This document shows, in pieces, positions 1-24,500 of a stretch of 64,000 bases of DNA. The notes under the pieces are model-generated. The model saw only the letters and a program-made list of their open reading frames with translations. It had not been told where the DNA came from and ran no database searches. The stretch comes from Ascidiella aspersa. Lineage: Eukaryota. A program made the translations under genes and the position numbers. The stretch spans positions 12,710,001 to 12,774,000 of the forward strand of contig OZ004608.1 in the NCBI GenBank assembly GCA_963924565.1, written 5' to 3'. The first letter of the stretch is position 1; each line of letters begins with the position of its first letter.

Positions 1-9730
<9,730 letters not shown>

Positions 9731-10049
9731 TACTTTATTTGCATGTAATTGTAAAGTATTGCCTTACCACTTAACTGCGAATAACGTACTGTGAAAACAA
9801 GTTACAGCTATTTCGGTTGTGCATGACACATTGAGAACAACTTTTTTTAAGTCTTTGCTTATTGCCCAAATCCAAAGCACAGATTGTAATTTTTTAACTT
9901 GGCGAGCTATGCTATTCAACAAATATAGGGCGTTATAGCTATGTAAATGTTACTTATTTGATTTTGGTTCATTTAGCACCACAGATAGTCAAAAATGTGC
10001 ACAAAGTATAAATCGTTTTGATCCAAATTTAATTTCTCTTCAGTCACAA

Positions 10050-13000
10050 CTAGCTATAAATTTAAACTTTACCTTCCTTACTAACTCAGTTGAAACTTAA
10101 TAGTTCACCCTCGCTGGATAGTAAAACAAATCGAGCTGTGAGCGCGATAGAATATATGTTAGCAACGTTTTACCTGTCTATTTTAAGGTACTTTATTATT
10201 TATACTAATTCAATAACTTATATTTACAGCAACAGCCAACAACTTGCATGGATATAGCACCCAGATGAACACATTACGTTTGTTTATTGTTTTAACGATA
10301 ATCTTGATAGTGTTTTTAGACTAAAGAGCATTTGCCGAGTCCTGTAAATTTTTTCCCAAAGTTTTTACTAGTTTTGAAATGCTGTTAGCTAAATTGATCA
10401 TTTAGTCAGCCATTTTTTGTTTAAGTTAAATGTGTTTGTTGCGTGTTGTAAAAATGCATGTTTAGCCAACACATGCTTGTAAATGGCATGTTTTCTTCTC
10501 TTGTCAAAACTGCATTTTATTTTGAGTGATTTTTGTTCAGTGCACATTTAATGTGTGAGTCGTTAATGCATGTTTGTACAGTATACTGTTGAAACAAGTG
10601 AACAACACTGAAGATATATAAATGTATAACCTTTTCCTATGTTTTAAACATGACAAAGTCGCATGAAAAACGTGTTTTTGAGTATACTTGTTTTGCTTAT
10701 CTTAACTGACCAAACCTGCTATGTCATCCGCAGCACCAACGATTGGTAATAGTGCACAAGGTGAGATGCCCAATATATGGCTACACATCTAGTTTAGCAT
10801 GAGTCGAAATACGAAAAGAAACAACTTTACTAGGGCATGTCAACGTTGTTATAAATATATTATGGTGCAAATGCATCTTGGAAGCATTAACGAGTTATTT
10901 GGAAGCATAAAGGCTGGTTCACACTAGGCGCGTTTACGTCTAGCATTAGCGTCTGGCGTCTAACAGCTAACGTCGTCCAGTTCACACATAACGCGTTGCC
11001 GGCGATGACGGCAATTTTCCTCGCTTCTAACCGAAAGCGTCAAAGTTAAAATATTTCAACTTTTCCGCAACCGAAAGTGTTTTTTAAAAACGTTTTACCG
11101 TAACGCTAGACGCGTCAAGGATGAACCAGCCTTAAGGTGAGATAAATGAGCTTGTGGGAGAATGTGCTATTTTTCCAGTTTCGCAAAAACGCCACCTAAT
11201 CTAATCGAAAAGTATAGTTAATCACTTTTTTTATTAAATTGTACATTATTGAGTTCAATATTCAATACTTACGAACAGTGGTTGGCCAGCTTAGCAGCTC
11301 TGTCCTAGATTATTATCTGATACCGATGCCCGACGCCAATGGGTAGTAGCATATTGGTAACTCCATCAATTACTACAGTACCGTATTACCATTTTAGAAT
11401 AAAGCGAATTACTTTTATCTTCAGTGCCTTTCACTTATACCGTTTTTTACGCTATTTTTTCAAACTTTTTTGTTATTTACAACAAGCGAACCTGTAGCAC
11501 CATCTGCGGCGGTAATACAAGTATCGCCTCCTCAAGTAAACAGCTCTCCTGGCGACGATAAAAAACGCCACCTAATCGTATAGAAAAGTATAGTTAATCA
11601 CTTTGTCAGCAAATTTTACATTACTAAGGTCAGCGTTCAATACGCTGTCCTAGAATATCGGATGCCAATGGTAGACTGCAAGGTAGTATCGGTAGTAGTT
11701 CAAATACTAGACTGGCTTCGATGTCGATTCGATAATAAATCGATATAGTTATTTTCAGTTACACTGTTTTCCTTGAAGGACATTTGGCATTGGTCGGATT
11801 GCCCATACTTGGCTTAAAGTATCTGGTATTGGTATCTTAAAAAAATACTGGGCAACCCTATATACACAATCCACTGATTAGTTCTTTCAAGTTAATTTTA
11901 TAAATAAGACAGAGTTTAAATCAATTATCTTAAATCGTTGAGTTAGTGTCCTGTTATCACCTGACCTTAATTAGACATGTTACCAAAAGTAAGTGTGACA
12001 TTATCCAAAAAGAAAACTCTAATCGTAAAGGAATATTCTGATAGGTTAGATTTTGATAACGCAATACTGCTGTTATAGTTTAATGGGGTAATTAGGTGGC
12101 ACTATATAAAAACAAAATAAAAAAATAAATATAGCTTAATGGTGCACGTCACACCTATAAATATGGAATTCCTTTAACGTTTTTGTCTGGCATGTGATTA
12201 AAGTAATTCAGATCAGCACCGATCAACTAAACTTGACATTACACAATAGGGTGAACAAACAAATATATTACACCAAGCTGCATTACATGAATCGATTTGA
12301 TTTTACTTGCTCCTATAAAAAAGGCACTCTGTCAACACGTAAAGAGCAACTTGGTCCTACACGATATTTTTGGCCTTTTTACGTCTACACTGTATCTAAC
12401 TTAGTTAAGACATATAAGTAAAGCTGTTTGAGTAAACTTACGCCAATGAAATATATTGTCAATAAAGAAAACCAAAGTAAAGTTGGTCATCAATGCAGGG
12501 TATTACTTGCACACTACACAACTCAGCTATATTTAATCCAATCCTCAAGATAAACTCTGACATATCGCATCCTTACGCTACCCCTACCTCTATACTGTAG
12601 ACCAGGGGTGGGTAACATGCGGCCCTTTTCCATTAAAATACCCTAGCACAGCTAGCAGTTCAGGTCAGACACAATTTAATTTGTTTCCAGATAGGTTTTG
12701 TATAGAAACACCCTACGCGTAGACTTTACAGAATTCGCGACTTCATTTCAGCAAGTTACTGGATTATTTATTTTTAACCTTGTGTCCGACAACACTTAGC
12801 TTTAAACTTTACCTTACTTTCCTAACCAACCAAATTAAAACTTAACACTTTGCCCTCGCTGGATAGCACTATAAACTAGAAGCGTCGATAGCATACATGT
12901 TAGCAACGTTTACTAGCCTCTTTTGATGTATTTTATTATTTATGCTAATTCATTAATTTATATTTACAGCAACGGCCAATCTGCACGGATATGGTACTCA

Positions 13001-13570
13001 GATGAACATATTACGTTGTTTATGTTTTTAACGATACTTTTGATACTGTTTTAGGCTAATCACTAAAGAGACTTTGCCGAATCATGAGTGTAAGCAGTAT
13101 AAACATTTTCCTAACGTTTTTTTCTACTTTTAAGCATCTGTTAGCTAAATCAATCATTTCGTCAGCTATTTTATATCTAAATTGAACGTGTTCATTGCGT
13201 GTGGTGAAAAAATGAGTGTTGAAATAACACGTGCGTTTAAATGGACTGTTTTGTTTCTTTATTTGCAGTAAAATTGAGTTAAATTTCGATTGATTTTTGT
13301 TTACTGCCCATTTAATGTGCAATACATTGATACATGTTATTACATTATGCTGCACAAATGTACAACGTTGTAGATATGTTAATGTGTAACCTTGTCAAAA
13401 TTTTTAAACAAGGCAAAGTCGTATTAAACTTGCTTTGAAGTACACTAGTTTTGCTTTTACTCACTGGCAAAACTGCCCAGGCGTTTTTCAAACAATTGGC
13501 AATCGCAGCACAAATGATTGGTAATAGTCCACAGATTTATGGGTACCATTTCATATGACTATACTCTTCT
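10050..13570 (+). repeat. Two diverged direct copies of an approximately 750-bp sequence (about 10050-10790 and 12797-13570)
   Basis: Collinear shared blocks, e.g. tttaaactttacctt, ccctcgctggatag, atgttagcaacgttt, tatatttacagcaac, cagatgaaca, gattggtaatagt. Confidence 0.75.
10911..11132. mobile_element. PIF/Harbinger-type MITE
   Basis: TIRs aggctggttca / tgaaccagcct flanked by a TAA 3-bp TSD; a related end lies at about 36163. Confidence 0.8.
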
Positions 13571-13681
13571 AGTTTGTAATGGTTTAATATATTTAGATTT
13601 CAGTAATAATTAAAAATTCCCCTTGTATGTAATAACGCTCTAAAATTTTCCAAACCGTTTTTTTTATATATATATATCCAG

Positions 13682-16600
13682 CTTGTGAAGAAACAAACTT
13701 AACCGGTGCTTCGGGGGTTGTACAATCCCCCGGCTACCCTGGGAACTACCCACTATCAACTAATTGTGTGTGGAATATTACAACAAACGCTGACAAGGTC
13801 AGAATATTTTTTTCATAAGTCAGTTGATTTTTTCTAACAAGGGAAATTTAAAAATATAAAAATGGTTTCTAACATAATTTAAGTATCATACGGTCGTACA
13901 AACAACTTTACATTCTCTATCTTTATCGGAATTACTCTATAGGTGATAACGATTACATTCGCGACTATTGATCTGGAAGTTCACGACTCATGCGGATACG
14001 ATTACATCAAGGTCTATGGTGGAGATGAGTTGGTAAGTGGTTTGTATGTTACAACGTTTCTTTTAAGTGAAGTCACCGCCTGTATGCAGTGCTATTCTAT
14101 TCGATTAATGACATAGAAATCAACTAAGAAACATAAAATAATCACCTAACATGTTTTGGACGTCTATCTAGACCTATACCTTTGCTAATTCTTCCTTTAA
14201 ATTTCAGTACACTGGACAAGCATTCTGTGGAACCCAAAAGCCAAAAACGTTTGCCGCTGTCTCAACGACTGTTAGAATTGAATGTCTTTGCGATTCATCT
14301 AGCTCCGGAACCGGTTTTGAAATACAGTGGAACACTATTGGTAATAATTAAAAATTGGGTGATAATTCTAAAGCTAAAATCGATAAATTATGTCAAATAA
14401 GGCTAATAATATTAATCATAATTTATTTAGAGCAGTGTTTTTCAAACTTTAAAAAAAAATTTTTACGCAACGGTCCCCCCAATTTTTTTAAAATTGCTCA
14501 CGGTCCTTATAAAAAATAAACATATAAAAACAAAATAACACATTGTTTTTAATGGCATCAAAATGGAACGGGTGCACTTGCTTCCTTGCTATCAGCTCGG
14601 CTATATTACCCTTAACGCAGGGGTGTTCAAATGATTTCTGCCATGATCCAACACAGCCAAACTGGACAACATGATGATCCACCACATAATAACAGTAAAC
14701 ATATTGGACACGCTTTAATTTTTATGGTGCTTTATTTATGTAAACGCGATAACTAATATTTAATCTCGTGTAGTGTTTGTTAACCTTTCTAAGTCAGGGC
14801 GCGATTTTTTTTAGGTATACCTGCATTTCTTTTAAATTTCTTTCAAGTTTTTATTACATTGTCAGAAATACAAAATGTTAAAAAATATATATGTCCAATA
14901 TTTTTGAATAAGTTTTCCATTAACGGTAACGAAGCGCTGATCTAGTTCAAAAGACCGCATCAAAACGTAAACAAGCCGGGCGTAGAGAGATGATTCGCGC
15001 GAAGCTGGAAATTTTTTCGCACTTACGTATTTAAAATAGTCAAAAAGTATTTGAAATTGGCTCGAGTTTGTGGTATCGGATCGGCACAGATACCAACCTA
15101 GTATCGGACCAGTACCGATACTATCACTTAGTATCGGTTATCGGCTCCGGTCTGATATTTTAGGATATTCCTAGTCGACATAAGACAAAAACTCTTCTTG
15201 TTTAGGATAACCGCATAGTGGGCGGCAACGAGGCTGCTGTGGACTCATGGTCCTGGCAAGTTTCGATCTCCAACACACTTGGTGGAAACCCCAGTTGCGG
15301 AGGAACAGTCATCGGCAAAGAGTGGATACTAAGTGCTGCACATTGCCTGCAATCGTTTGTGTAAGTTAAGAAGCGTTTTTTTGTTTGCCTAAAAAGACGG
15401 TGTTTTTTTTATCAATATTGTTCTGCATGTTTTTACGAAATAGCTTGCCATATTGCCGTGTATATTTAATTGTTAAGGATTTAAAGTGGAGTAGATCACC
15501 ATGTAAAAAACGCAACCTATTAACCCGTTCTTAAGATGGTTTATATCAATTGACTTAAGAAAAATCTTCGAGAAACACATGTGGCCCCAACTGTTCAAAA
15601 TTATTTATTTCATTACAGAGCAAGTGGAACATTTATATCAGCAGGGAGAAATTCGCTCAACGAAGTCGCTCCACAAACTTCAATTGCCCACGAGATTCAC
15701 ATTTACGAGTCCTACACTAGGTAAAATATTTTATTGTTTTGCTTATGTCTTTTATTGAGGTCTTTCGGTTCAATTTTGGTCTTATAATATGTTAACTTTG
15801 TTGAATAAAAATACAAAAATTAAGAAGTAAAAAGGTATATTTTATGTTTTATCTAAGATTTAAAGTAGTACTATCACCACGAACTAAAATGATGTCCGGG
15901 AATATAAAACACCTTGCGCAAAACAATTGCTATATACGCCGCGAACAAGAGTCCAAAAACGTGCATTTATTAAAGAAGAGGTTAAATAGTAAAAAATATG
16001 GGTTATGAGCTCGTGTCCAATTTGTATTAGAGATCGCCAGCTCGATTATTTACATTGGTGGGTCGGATCCGGCATGTGGGCTTTAGGTTGCCGACCCCAG
16101 AATAATGCCAAACAATCGTTTCATTTTATGCCTTTGCTTTTTAGCTTTGAACTCGGCTTCGATATTGCATTGGTAAGGCTGGCGACACCACTGGTGTTTA
16201 ACGAACAAGTTCGCCCCATATGTCTCCCAACATCTGCATCACAAATCGACGGAATTGCATTTGGAGTTGCCACTGGGTGGGGAAGTTTAAGTAAGTGATT
16301 CAGAATCCAAAATTTGTCGAACAGCTGCTAACAAGTATGACAGCTATAGAGTAGGACCCGTCTGAAAGGGCTTTGTTATAATGTCTGCCCACTTTGAAGC
16401 GCCGAAAAAGAAGGCCACAACATTTTTTAAACATTATAGGGAGAGCAATGTTATATACTGAATAAGGATATTTCCAGGACATCTGAAAATTAAAAACGCG
16501 ACTAAGGGGAAAATAAAACAAGCACTAAGGGGGGAAAATAAAACAAGCATGTTGATGACAAGGGATGTATCAATTTTTGTTGCAAAATTTTTAAGCATTA

Positions 16601-18438
16601 AAAACCTTTTAAACAATTTAGAGCAATCCGGACCGACGCCTACCAAACTTTACCAAGTTCGACTCCCGATCCTTACCAATACTGATTGCGCGGCGACGTT
16701 GCAAAATGCCACCATTCTTTCGTCACAAGTGTGCGCCGGTGACGTAACAAACGGAGGAATCGATACTTGCCGGGTAGAATTTATTTTTTAATAACTGAAA
16801 TGGCAGCGTGTCTTTTAGTGCAGACCAGGTAAGAGGTAATGCTTATAAAGCAAAGTGATAAAGATAAAGAAAAAAGATTTGTTAATATTAATCTCGCTTT
16901 ACAGTACTATAAATTTAGTGATACTTCATACGAGGATCAGTAACCATATCACAAATGTCCGTCGTCCTTGTACAAAAATATCCATGAATTTTAGTTGGCT
17001 ACCCTTGCTTTTTGACAACGAGTTGTTTATTGTCCTCTCGTAAAGTTGTTTTAAGCCGTACTTAGCGACAAAATGTAGGCAATCACAATTAAGCAACTAT
17101 AGCATTGAAATTTTAAAAGGTGTACTAAACCTTACAGATATCGCTACTAATTAACAAAGCTTCTGATTTCAAACAGCAAATGACTCAGGATGTCAGGATG
17201 ATGCTAATAAATTAAAAAAACGTATCAATTCACGAAGCATACCGAAGATAAGGAATCAATATGCTACTTCTAGGCTAGCTTCGAATTAGCAGTTAATCTG
17301 AACTAGGAAAGTAGACAGAATATTACAGAATATTTCTGTCCCGTCAACTGATGTGGATATTTTGATTGAAAGCTCATTAACCCCTAAAACGCCTACTGGG
17401 GAAATTTACCCCACGTTAAGAAAGGCAGATATAGACCATGGGGCGTAATATATCCCTTTTCTTTGATACATTTTTTAACGAAATTGCTTACAAAGGGCGA
17501 CTCCGGAGGACCACTCGCTGTTCTTGATGATGAAAGTTCTTGGACACAGGTTGGCATCACATCGTACGGTTACGGGTGCGCCGGTGTCAGAGCTCCCGGA
17601 ATCTACACAAGGGTTTCTTCCTATACAGGTGGGATCAACGGTAAGTGCAGACTTGGCGAACACAACACCTCGTTTTAGGGTGTTGACAGTTTTTCACAAA
17701 TCTTTGTTTTTACTAGCAGTGGTAAACGCCAGAACAAACTGTCCAATGACTAGAAAGTTTTAAACAGGTTAATACAAATAAGTTAAGAAATTCGTTTTTG
17801 CGCAGCGCAGCTTTTTAAAGTTGATAGCAGTGCTGTAAACAAGTCTTTTCAAGCTGACTAAAGTCCCAGTCAAGTCATTCGTAAAATAACTTAAGTCCAA
17901 GTCAAGTCAGTTGTAAAATTACTCTGGTCCTGGTCAAGTCTTTTTTAATAAATCACAAGTCAAGCCCTAGTCATAAAAAGTATACGTTAAACTGCTAAAA
18001 TTGGTAAACTAGCTCGATTACGGGCAATAAAAAAACTAAACTATAACAAAAAACGCAACATATAGCAAGGAAATTGCTTTATGTAGAAAAATTGGGATAT
18101 ATAGTGAAAACTTTTTATTTTAACCCAAGTCAGTTGTCCGAAAGACTTAAGTCAAGTCAAGTAATTTGCCCAAAAGACTTAAGTCAAGTCATTTGAAAAC
18201 AGTGACTTAAGTACACTTAAGTCAAGTCAATGACTTTAGTCATTATAACACTGGTTAATAGATAAACCAATGTGTATCAAGTAAACTGAAGTATGTGAAA
18301 TTGTGTTTCTCAGGAATAATGTCGGAAGCCACCACAACAACCTCAAGCAGTGCTCGGCCTTCCGCATCAGCGACACCCTCTACCAGGGAATGGTCGGCTT
18401 CTGGCTGGCGGTGCGCATCGGACGCATCTTTTTTTTAA
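13682..18438 (+). pseudogene. Degenerating CUB-(LDLa missing)-trypsin module with a frameshifted hydrophobic tail; either the 3' end of the polyprotease gene or a separate paralog
   Basis: CUB exons 13682-13797, 13943-14032, 14208-14340; protease exons 15206-15360, 15619-15720, 16145-16290, 16622-16773, 17496-17640; terminal exon 18314-18438. The triad motifs (AAHC, DIAL, GDSGGP) remain, but the CUB exon ends in phase 1 and the DNR-IVGG exon starts in phase 0 with no LDLa or linker exon between. Also WPWQ to WSWQ, terminal WI to GI, and the hydrophobic tail is out of frame. Confidence 0.7.
17828..18253. mobile_element. GACTT MITE family copy, reverse orientation
   Basis: cagtgctgtaa...ttataacactg; TSD gttgatag/gttaatag (7/8). 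Confidence 0.82.
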
Positions 18439-21400
18439 TTTTATCGCGCCCACATATAGGAATATCGTTACATTGTTTTCTGTATTTAAAAGTATAGGAT
18501 ACCTTATTGCGCCTCGTCGGCAAACTTCAAATGATAACCTTTAATGAAAATAAATTAGGCAGACAATTCACAAAAAAAAATTTTTCGTCATGTTTGTTTT
18601 TACTTTTATGACGACACTTGACATCAGGAAAGCGACTTATTAAATGTTGCATGATAGATGTCCTCAGGTTAATCATGTTGAAAGTTTTGCCTTATTTATA
18701 TGTATATACATGATTAACCTTTATATATATATATATTGAATTCGTCAGCTTGTTGCGAATGATTTATGTACTTTTAAACAATATTTAGACACTTAATAAA
18801 ATGTAAAGTGGCTGTGAGGCTGGAGATGGATATTTTTTGGATTGCAGGATTTTCGATAATTATAAATCGGGACCTTTGGCTGATGCCAAGTGGCTGGATC
18901 GGTACACGTTCGATACGAGGGTGGGATCGGTTCCGATAACTAATTAACTTAGGCCACTATTCTTGACCCTGAGCAGTAATTATACCTTTAAAGCTAAATT
19001 TATCAAAGAAGTAGTAGGGTTACCAACTGGTGGCAACCCCTAATCCTGATAACCTGAAAAAAGAAATACCTAGAGTTTTTAAAGTTTTATCGACAGTCTT
19101 TTATTTAAGCAAAGTAATGACGTGATTTCTTATCGGATCGAACACGATACTGTTTACCCAAAATATCGCGTATTGGTATCGAAATGAAATGTCAAGTATC
19201 GAACATCCCTAGTTCTAAGTGCTTGTCTTTCGATTCAATTTGAATAATAACTTTTAAACTTCTGTAACTTTTCATTATAAGAAGCCCAAAATGTCTTCAC
19301 TGGTTTTCGATTATCGAAAAGGCGCCCCAACAAATTATACTAAGGTCCACTTTAATTTTCGGTCACTTACTAAGAAATAAGATAATATTTTTAAATTAAA
19401 CTGTGTTGTTGGGTACTTTGAACCCGAAAAAATTATTTCCTAAGTTTGCTCATTTTCCAATAATTTATTAAATAATTTGGAAAATTCCTTCTTTAATGTA
19501 GTCATTTACTAATGATTTATTAACTTAGGCTCATGCAATCTTTCGTGGGTTGCTCGCTGCAGGCCTATCACTCGAATTGGCTTAAGTGTGCTTGTTCATC
19601 AGTAAGACGTTGTTTAATATTGTTACGATTAATTTTGGATAATTTTTGCTTAACGAAGTAACGAGTTTATAAAACATCAATGTGTTTCCTTGCACTAATA
19701 CCGATACTGCTGAGCACCAAAACTGTTGCATTTCATCCACATATAATATGTACTGTATAGTTTAAATGCCAACACCAGTTCTCATACAGTTGTTTACTTA
19801 AGTCATGTGTGAAGCCATAATACGTACAAGTTTCACATCACGTCATGGCGCTCACCGGGAGCGGTAAAGTCCCAATAGGATCATACGTTACAAATATTAT
19901 CCAAACAAGCAACAACCTTTATATGCGGATTATCGCATCGTTGGGTTTCATGTGTTTCTCTTCATAACCAAATTTGATTCGTTAAGCAAATAATGTTCCG
20001 TTACCTGGGACACGCTCATTGGTTTTCAAAACCAATTTATTTTTTAGGTGCTCTTTTTTAGTATTCTATAAGCACCGACTTACAACAATTTAAGTAATGG
20101 GTTGAAATGTCTTATAACAAAACATGAACGTGCTTCAAAATGGTTTATTGTAGTTCTATCTTTTAACATCATCGTTGAAGTTGATTTAAAAGCAGTCAGC
20201 CCTTTGTTAATCGTTTGACGTTCGTCTAACAATTATTATTAGCGATTTTGTGAGTGTAGAGCAAACACTGTCACTGTTCCACACCCTTATATTCAATTGT
20301 AGCCTGACTTGTTAAGGAAACAATGGCGCGGTGTTTTGTTCAGCCCGGTCAGAGCGTTGAGCGTCAATGTAGGGGGCAAACTTTAATGCCAATGAAAGAT
20401 GTTGCTGTTAAAGGGTGTACTGGAACTCTTGTTTAATTTAGACTGGTAGCGTTTTAAGTTTTACTGATGTTTGTGGTTCAGTCGAATAAACGGCTTACGC
20501 AACACCGGTCAGACATTTCAGTTGTAGTTTTTCACTTTTTATGTCAGACTAAATTAGAAGGACATCGCTTCGAATTAAGGCTGAAATTGTTGTTTTACAA
20601 GAACAGCAGTAATAAATGGTTGTTGTCAGGATTTAACAAACGGTTTAGCAAAGATTGGTAACAATACGTCTTTGCCCGGCGACTACTTATTCACGAATAT
20701 GATGCATGTTAATTTCACCATTTATCCCTGGTTTAAATTTGATCATTACTCTGCAATCATTGTTTTAGAAATTCCCTGTAGTAACGTTTCTTAGCATTTA
20801 AAAAAACTGCCAATTTTGTTTAAAAAAGGCGTTTAACTTAACCCAGACTTAGCAGTGTTTACCGCGCAACGCTCGTTCTTATTTTCTTAGCACTAGCAAC
20901 CGAGACAACGCCTTTTGAAAAATATGTAACCTAACGCTGTCGATCCTTTGAAACCAATGCTGTGGATCTAGCTTACGCATTGTTCGCTGTTGGTACCTGT
21001 TAACAGAAATACCAGAGGTTTGGAAAAGACTACTGACTGATGGTCAGCCTACAAAATAAAAATGCTCTTCCTATAATAAGTGTACAGTCAACTATATCTG
21101 ACTTAATGGTTGAATTGCGTGCACTTTACTAACGGTGTGGTGGTGTGGTGTCATATATAGACTTTTATTTAGGAGTTGCCGAATAAACATAATGTATCAT
21201 TTAGGAAAAAATGTTAATCTCAAGAGAGGCAAAATTAATTAAAATATGCTTTTTGTCTGAAATTGCTTGTTTTTTATAGGTCCTATGTTCCCATATCTTT
21301 AAAGTACTGTATGTTCAATACGTTAAACCAAAAGAAAAGAAGACATATGTGTTTATTATTCATGTTCTTTTACTTTTGTTCGCGCTGACAACCTTTCATG

Positions 21401-21501
21401 GCGTACGGGTTAAGAAGCGCTGTAATTGATTTATTGTACAATACTGTAGGTGACTCGTGCGGAATTAACTTTTTTTTAACCCAGGAGATTTGAATAGGAT
21501 A

Positions 21502-24500
21502 ATGCTGAGTTTAATTTTATGCATTGGACTTCAAATTTTGGCCACCTACGGTAAGTAGAATATGCAATAAGGTGAACCTAATTTTATGTCAAAAGAGCTC
21601 ATTGGACGCCGTATTGACCATCTTGTGGGTCTCAGAACGAACTTCTTATTTATTTGTTGAATTTATGGAAATAATACAACCACTGCCACAAAACGACTAC
21701 ACGCCCAACAAAAAAATAAAATTTAGACTGACGTTGACATTTTAGAATAAAGCTAAATTATTTTTTGTTAAACGATACCTGATGAGTGATGACAATATAA
21801 TCTTGTCATTCATGTTTTTGACTTTTCAGATATCTTTGCATCCGGTCAAACCACGGAAACAACGAGTAATTCAACATTACTTAACAGTAAGATTGTGTGT
21901 TTTCCGACTCTGCGATAAAGTCACTGTTTTAAACAATTTAAGGAGCAAACTCTTCGTTCAGTGGTCTGCCATTTTTTTGTATTTAGACATATCGCAGGAA
22001 TTGAATTATAATGTTTAGTCAAAGACCGTCTACTTTTAAGAACATGTTTAACCAAAACGAAATTTAGACGTCAAGTTTAGTGGAATTTACAGTTTAACAT
22101 CAACTTTTTAACAACTCATTTGATAACTTTCCTGGCGAAATATGTGAGCTATTGATGTATTATTGTGAATTTAAAAGATATTTCGTAAATATCTGACAAT
22201 TTTGTGAAACAAATTTATTTTTTATTGGTATTATTAATAATTTTACGCTGGTAGTGGCTATAACAGAGGCAGGCCTATGGCATTTGAAAGAAGCCAAGCT
22301 AGGGAGAATAGAAAATAAGGATACAAAATAAATTTCGGCAGGATAGCAAAACATGCAGTGTAGCATATATGGCCAACCTTTTAAATTCGCCACTTTCTAA
22401 ATCCAGTTAAATTATTGTTGTTATAATATTAAGCCTCATTTTATGTGAAAACCACCCGTTGTATCGCTTTTAGTAACGTGCCTACATTTGGTAACTGATA
22501 TCATTCCAGTAACGCAGAAAAAATATACAACCGACAATAGTGTCGGGTAACGCCAACGATTGGCTATTGTCGGACATCGCTAACATTCAACAGGATTTTT
22601 TACTACTTATCTGGAATCGAAGTTTAAAGTCAAGCGTTCTAAAATGAAATGTATTTGCCTATGCAGTTTAGAATTTTAAGTATGGTTATTGCACACTTAC
22701 CTTTAAAAGTGTGAAAATGGCATTATTGCAATTTCCCCACTGTTCCTAAAATTAGGTTTTTACCGATCATAAGTTTTTGCAACAACTGTTTTTACACGCT
22801 TTGTTTTAACTACACCAGGGCAACATACGTCAGCGTATAGTTTACTTTTTAAATATGAATGACAACGAAAAAGGTAATACGATAGCAGCACAATGGTGAG
22901 AATACAAAACACGAAAAAAAGAAATAAGTCTATAGGCCTATCTCCTTTCTTTTCAATCAAATCGTTGGAGGCAGCAAAACTATTGTTATCTGCAGCTATC
23001 ATTTTAAACCGCTGAGAAAAACTTGTTTACTGGCTTCTAACCTAACTTGTTTAAACAAAACAATATTCCAGCTCTTATCAAGTTATGTTTTCCACATTCA
23101 CTTATAAAGTTGAATTAATGCATTTTTGTTTTAGCTTGTGGGGCAAACATTATATCTACTTCTGCGTCAGGAAACGTATCTACACCAGGTTATCCCAGCA
23201 GCTATGCATCCAATTTAAATTGCAACTGGACGATACAAACGACATCAGATAAGGTATTTTATTTCGCATACAGATCGAATTTAGAAAAACATCAACGTCG
23301 GAATTAAACGCAGTTCCAATAAAACCAAAATAGGACTAGTATATTATTGCGAGAATAAGATTTATTCGGAATAAGACTTATACCCGCGACTAAAGACCCA
23401 AAGTGCCAGAAAAGATTTTAAACAGCTTAACTTTATCACTAACTATCCCAATAGTTTTAACCTTAATTCTAATCCCATCCATTATTCACTCTAGAACAGT
23501 GGTTCTCAACCCTTTTTCTTTCGTGGCCCATTTACGTTGCAAAAAAATTCTGTGGCCCAATAAATTTGTATGAAAGAAAAACTGTAAAATAGGTTTAGAA
23601 CAAAACACAGCAGAAAATATTTCTAAACAAATTATTTATTCAACCGTGCATTAGTGAGATACTTGCTAAACAATAAATTTACATTCCTTTTTAATTCCTC
23701 CCCAAGCCATTATTCCTGTAAAGTTAAATATAGTGAAACAAATGTAACTGAATCTAGTTTTTTTAATTGGTCTGGCCCACCTCAAATGTTTTTATGGCCC
23801 ACCAGTGAGCCATGGCCCACTGGTTGAGAACCGCTGTTTTAAAGATATTAGGCCTACTGCTTATTCGGTTTTGTTATGTCGTTGGTCTTAATGCTATGGT
23901 ATTATAGAGAACTCTGCGTCAGAATTGTTGCCTTAGAAATTTAATCATGAGATCCCGTGCACATTTTTTACGGAGCTTTCAGAAATCCAAATGGGGTTTC
24001 CAGCACTTTATCAGTCACTGGATAGGCCTGATGTTATGTTGGTGTTTAATATTGGACCTACAATTAATCATGATAATGATGTGTCTTTAGATTTTGCCTA
24101 TTTCCCCGAACAAGTATAGCGATGGGTTACATTTTCCTTATTTTATACAGGTGTTTCTAATAACATTCTTGGGATTTAACATCGAAAGCCACACAACATG
24201 CGAATATGACTATGTGCAAATCTTTGACGGAACAGAGCAGGTGTGGATTTTTTTACTTTTTTAAACTTTGGTTTATTATTCCGACATACATATATATATA
24301 TAATATATATAAACAAACAGGCAGCGATCATAAAACTTGTCTTGACTTGGCTGTATACTTGATTTTTGGCAACCGCACCTATAAACTTAGTTGTAATAGT
24401 TTGTTACAAATACATAGAATCAAACTGGTTACATTTATGTTTTTAGTACACAGGAAAGAAATTTTGCGGCATCCAGAAACCGCGCAACTTTGCAGCTCTA

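Noticed and set aside
10734-10760. Possible 27-nt phase 1-1 micro-exon (cag|..caag|gtgag)
   Set aside because: Lies inside the duplicated 750-bp repeat; no independent support.
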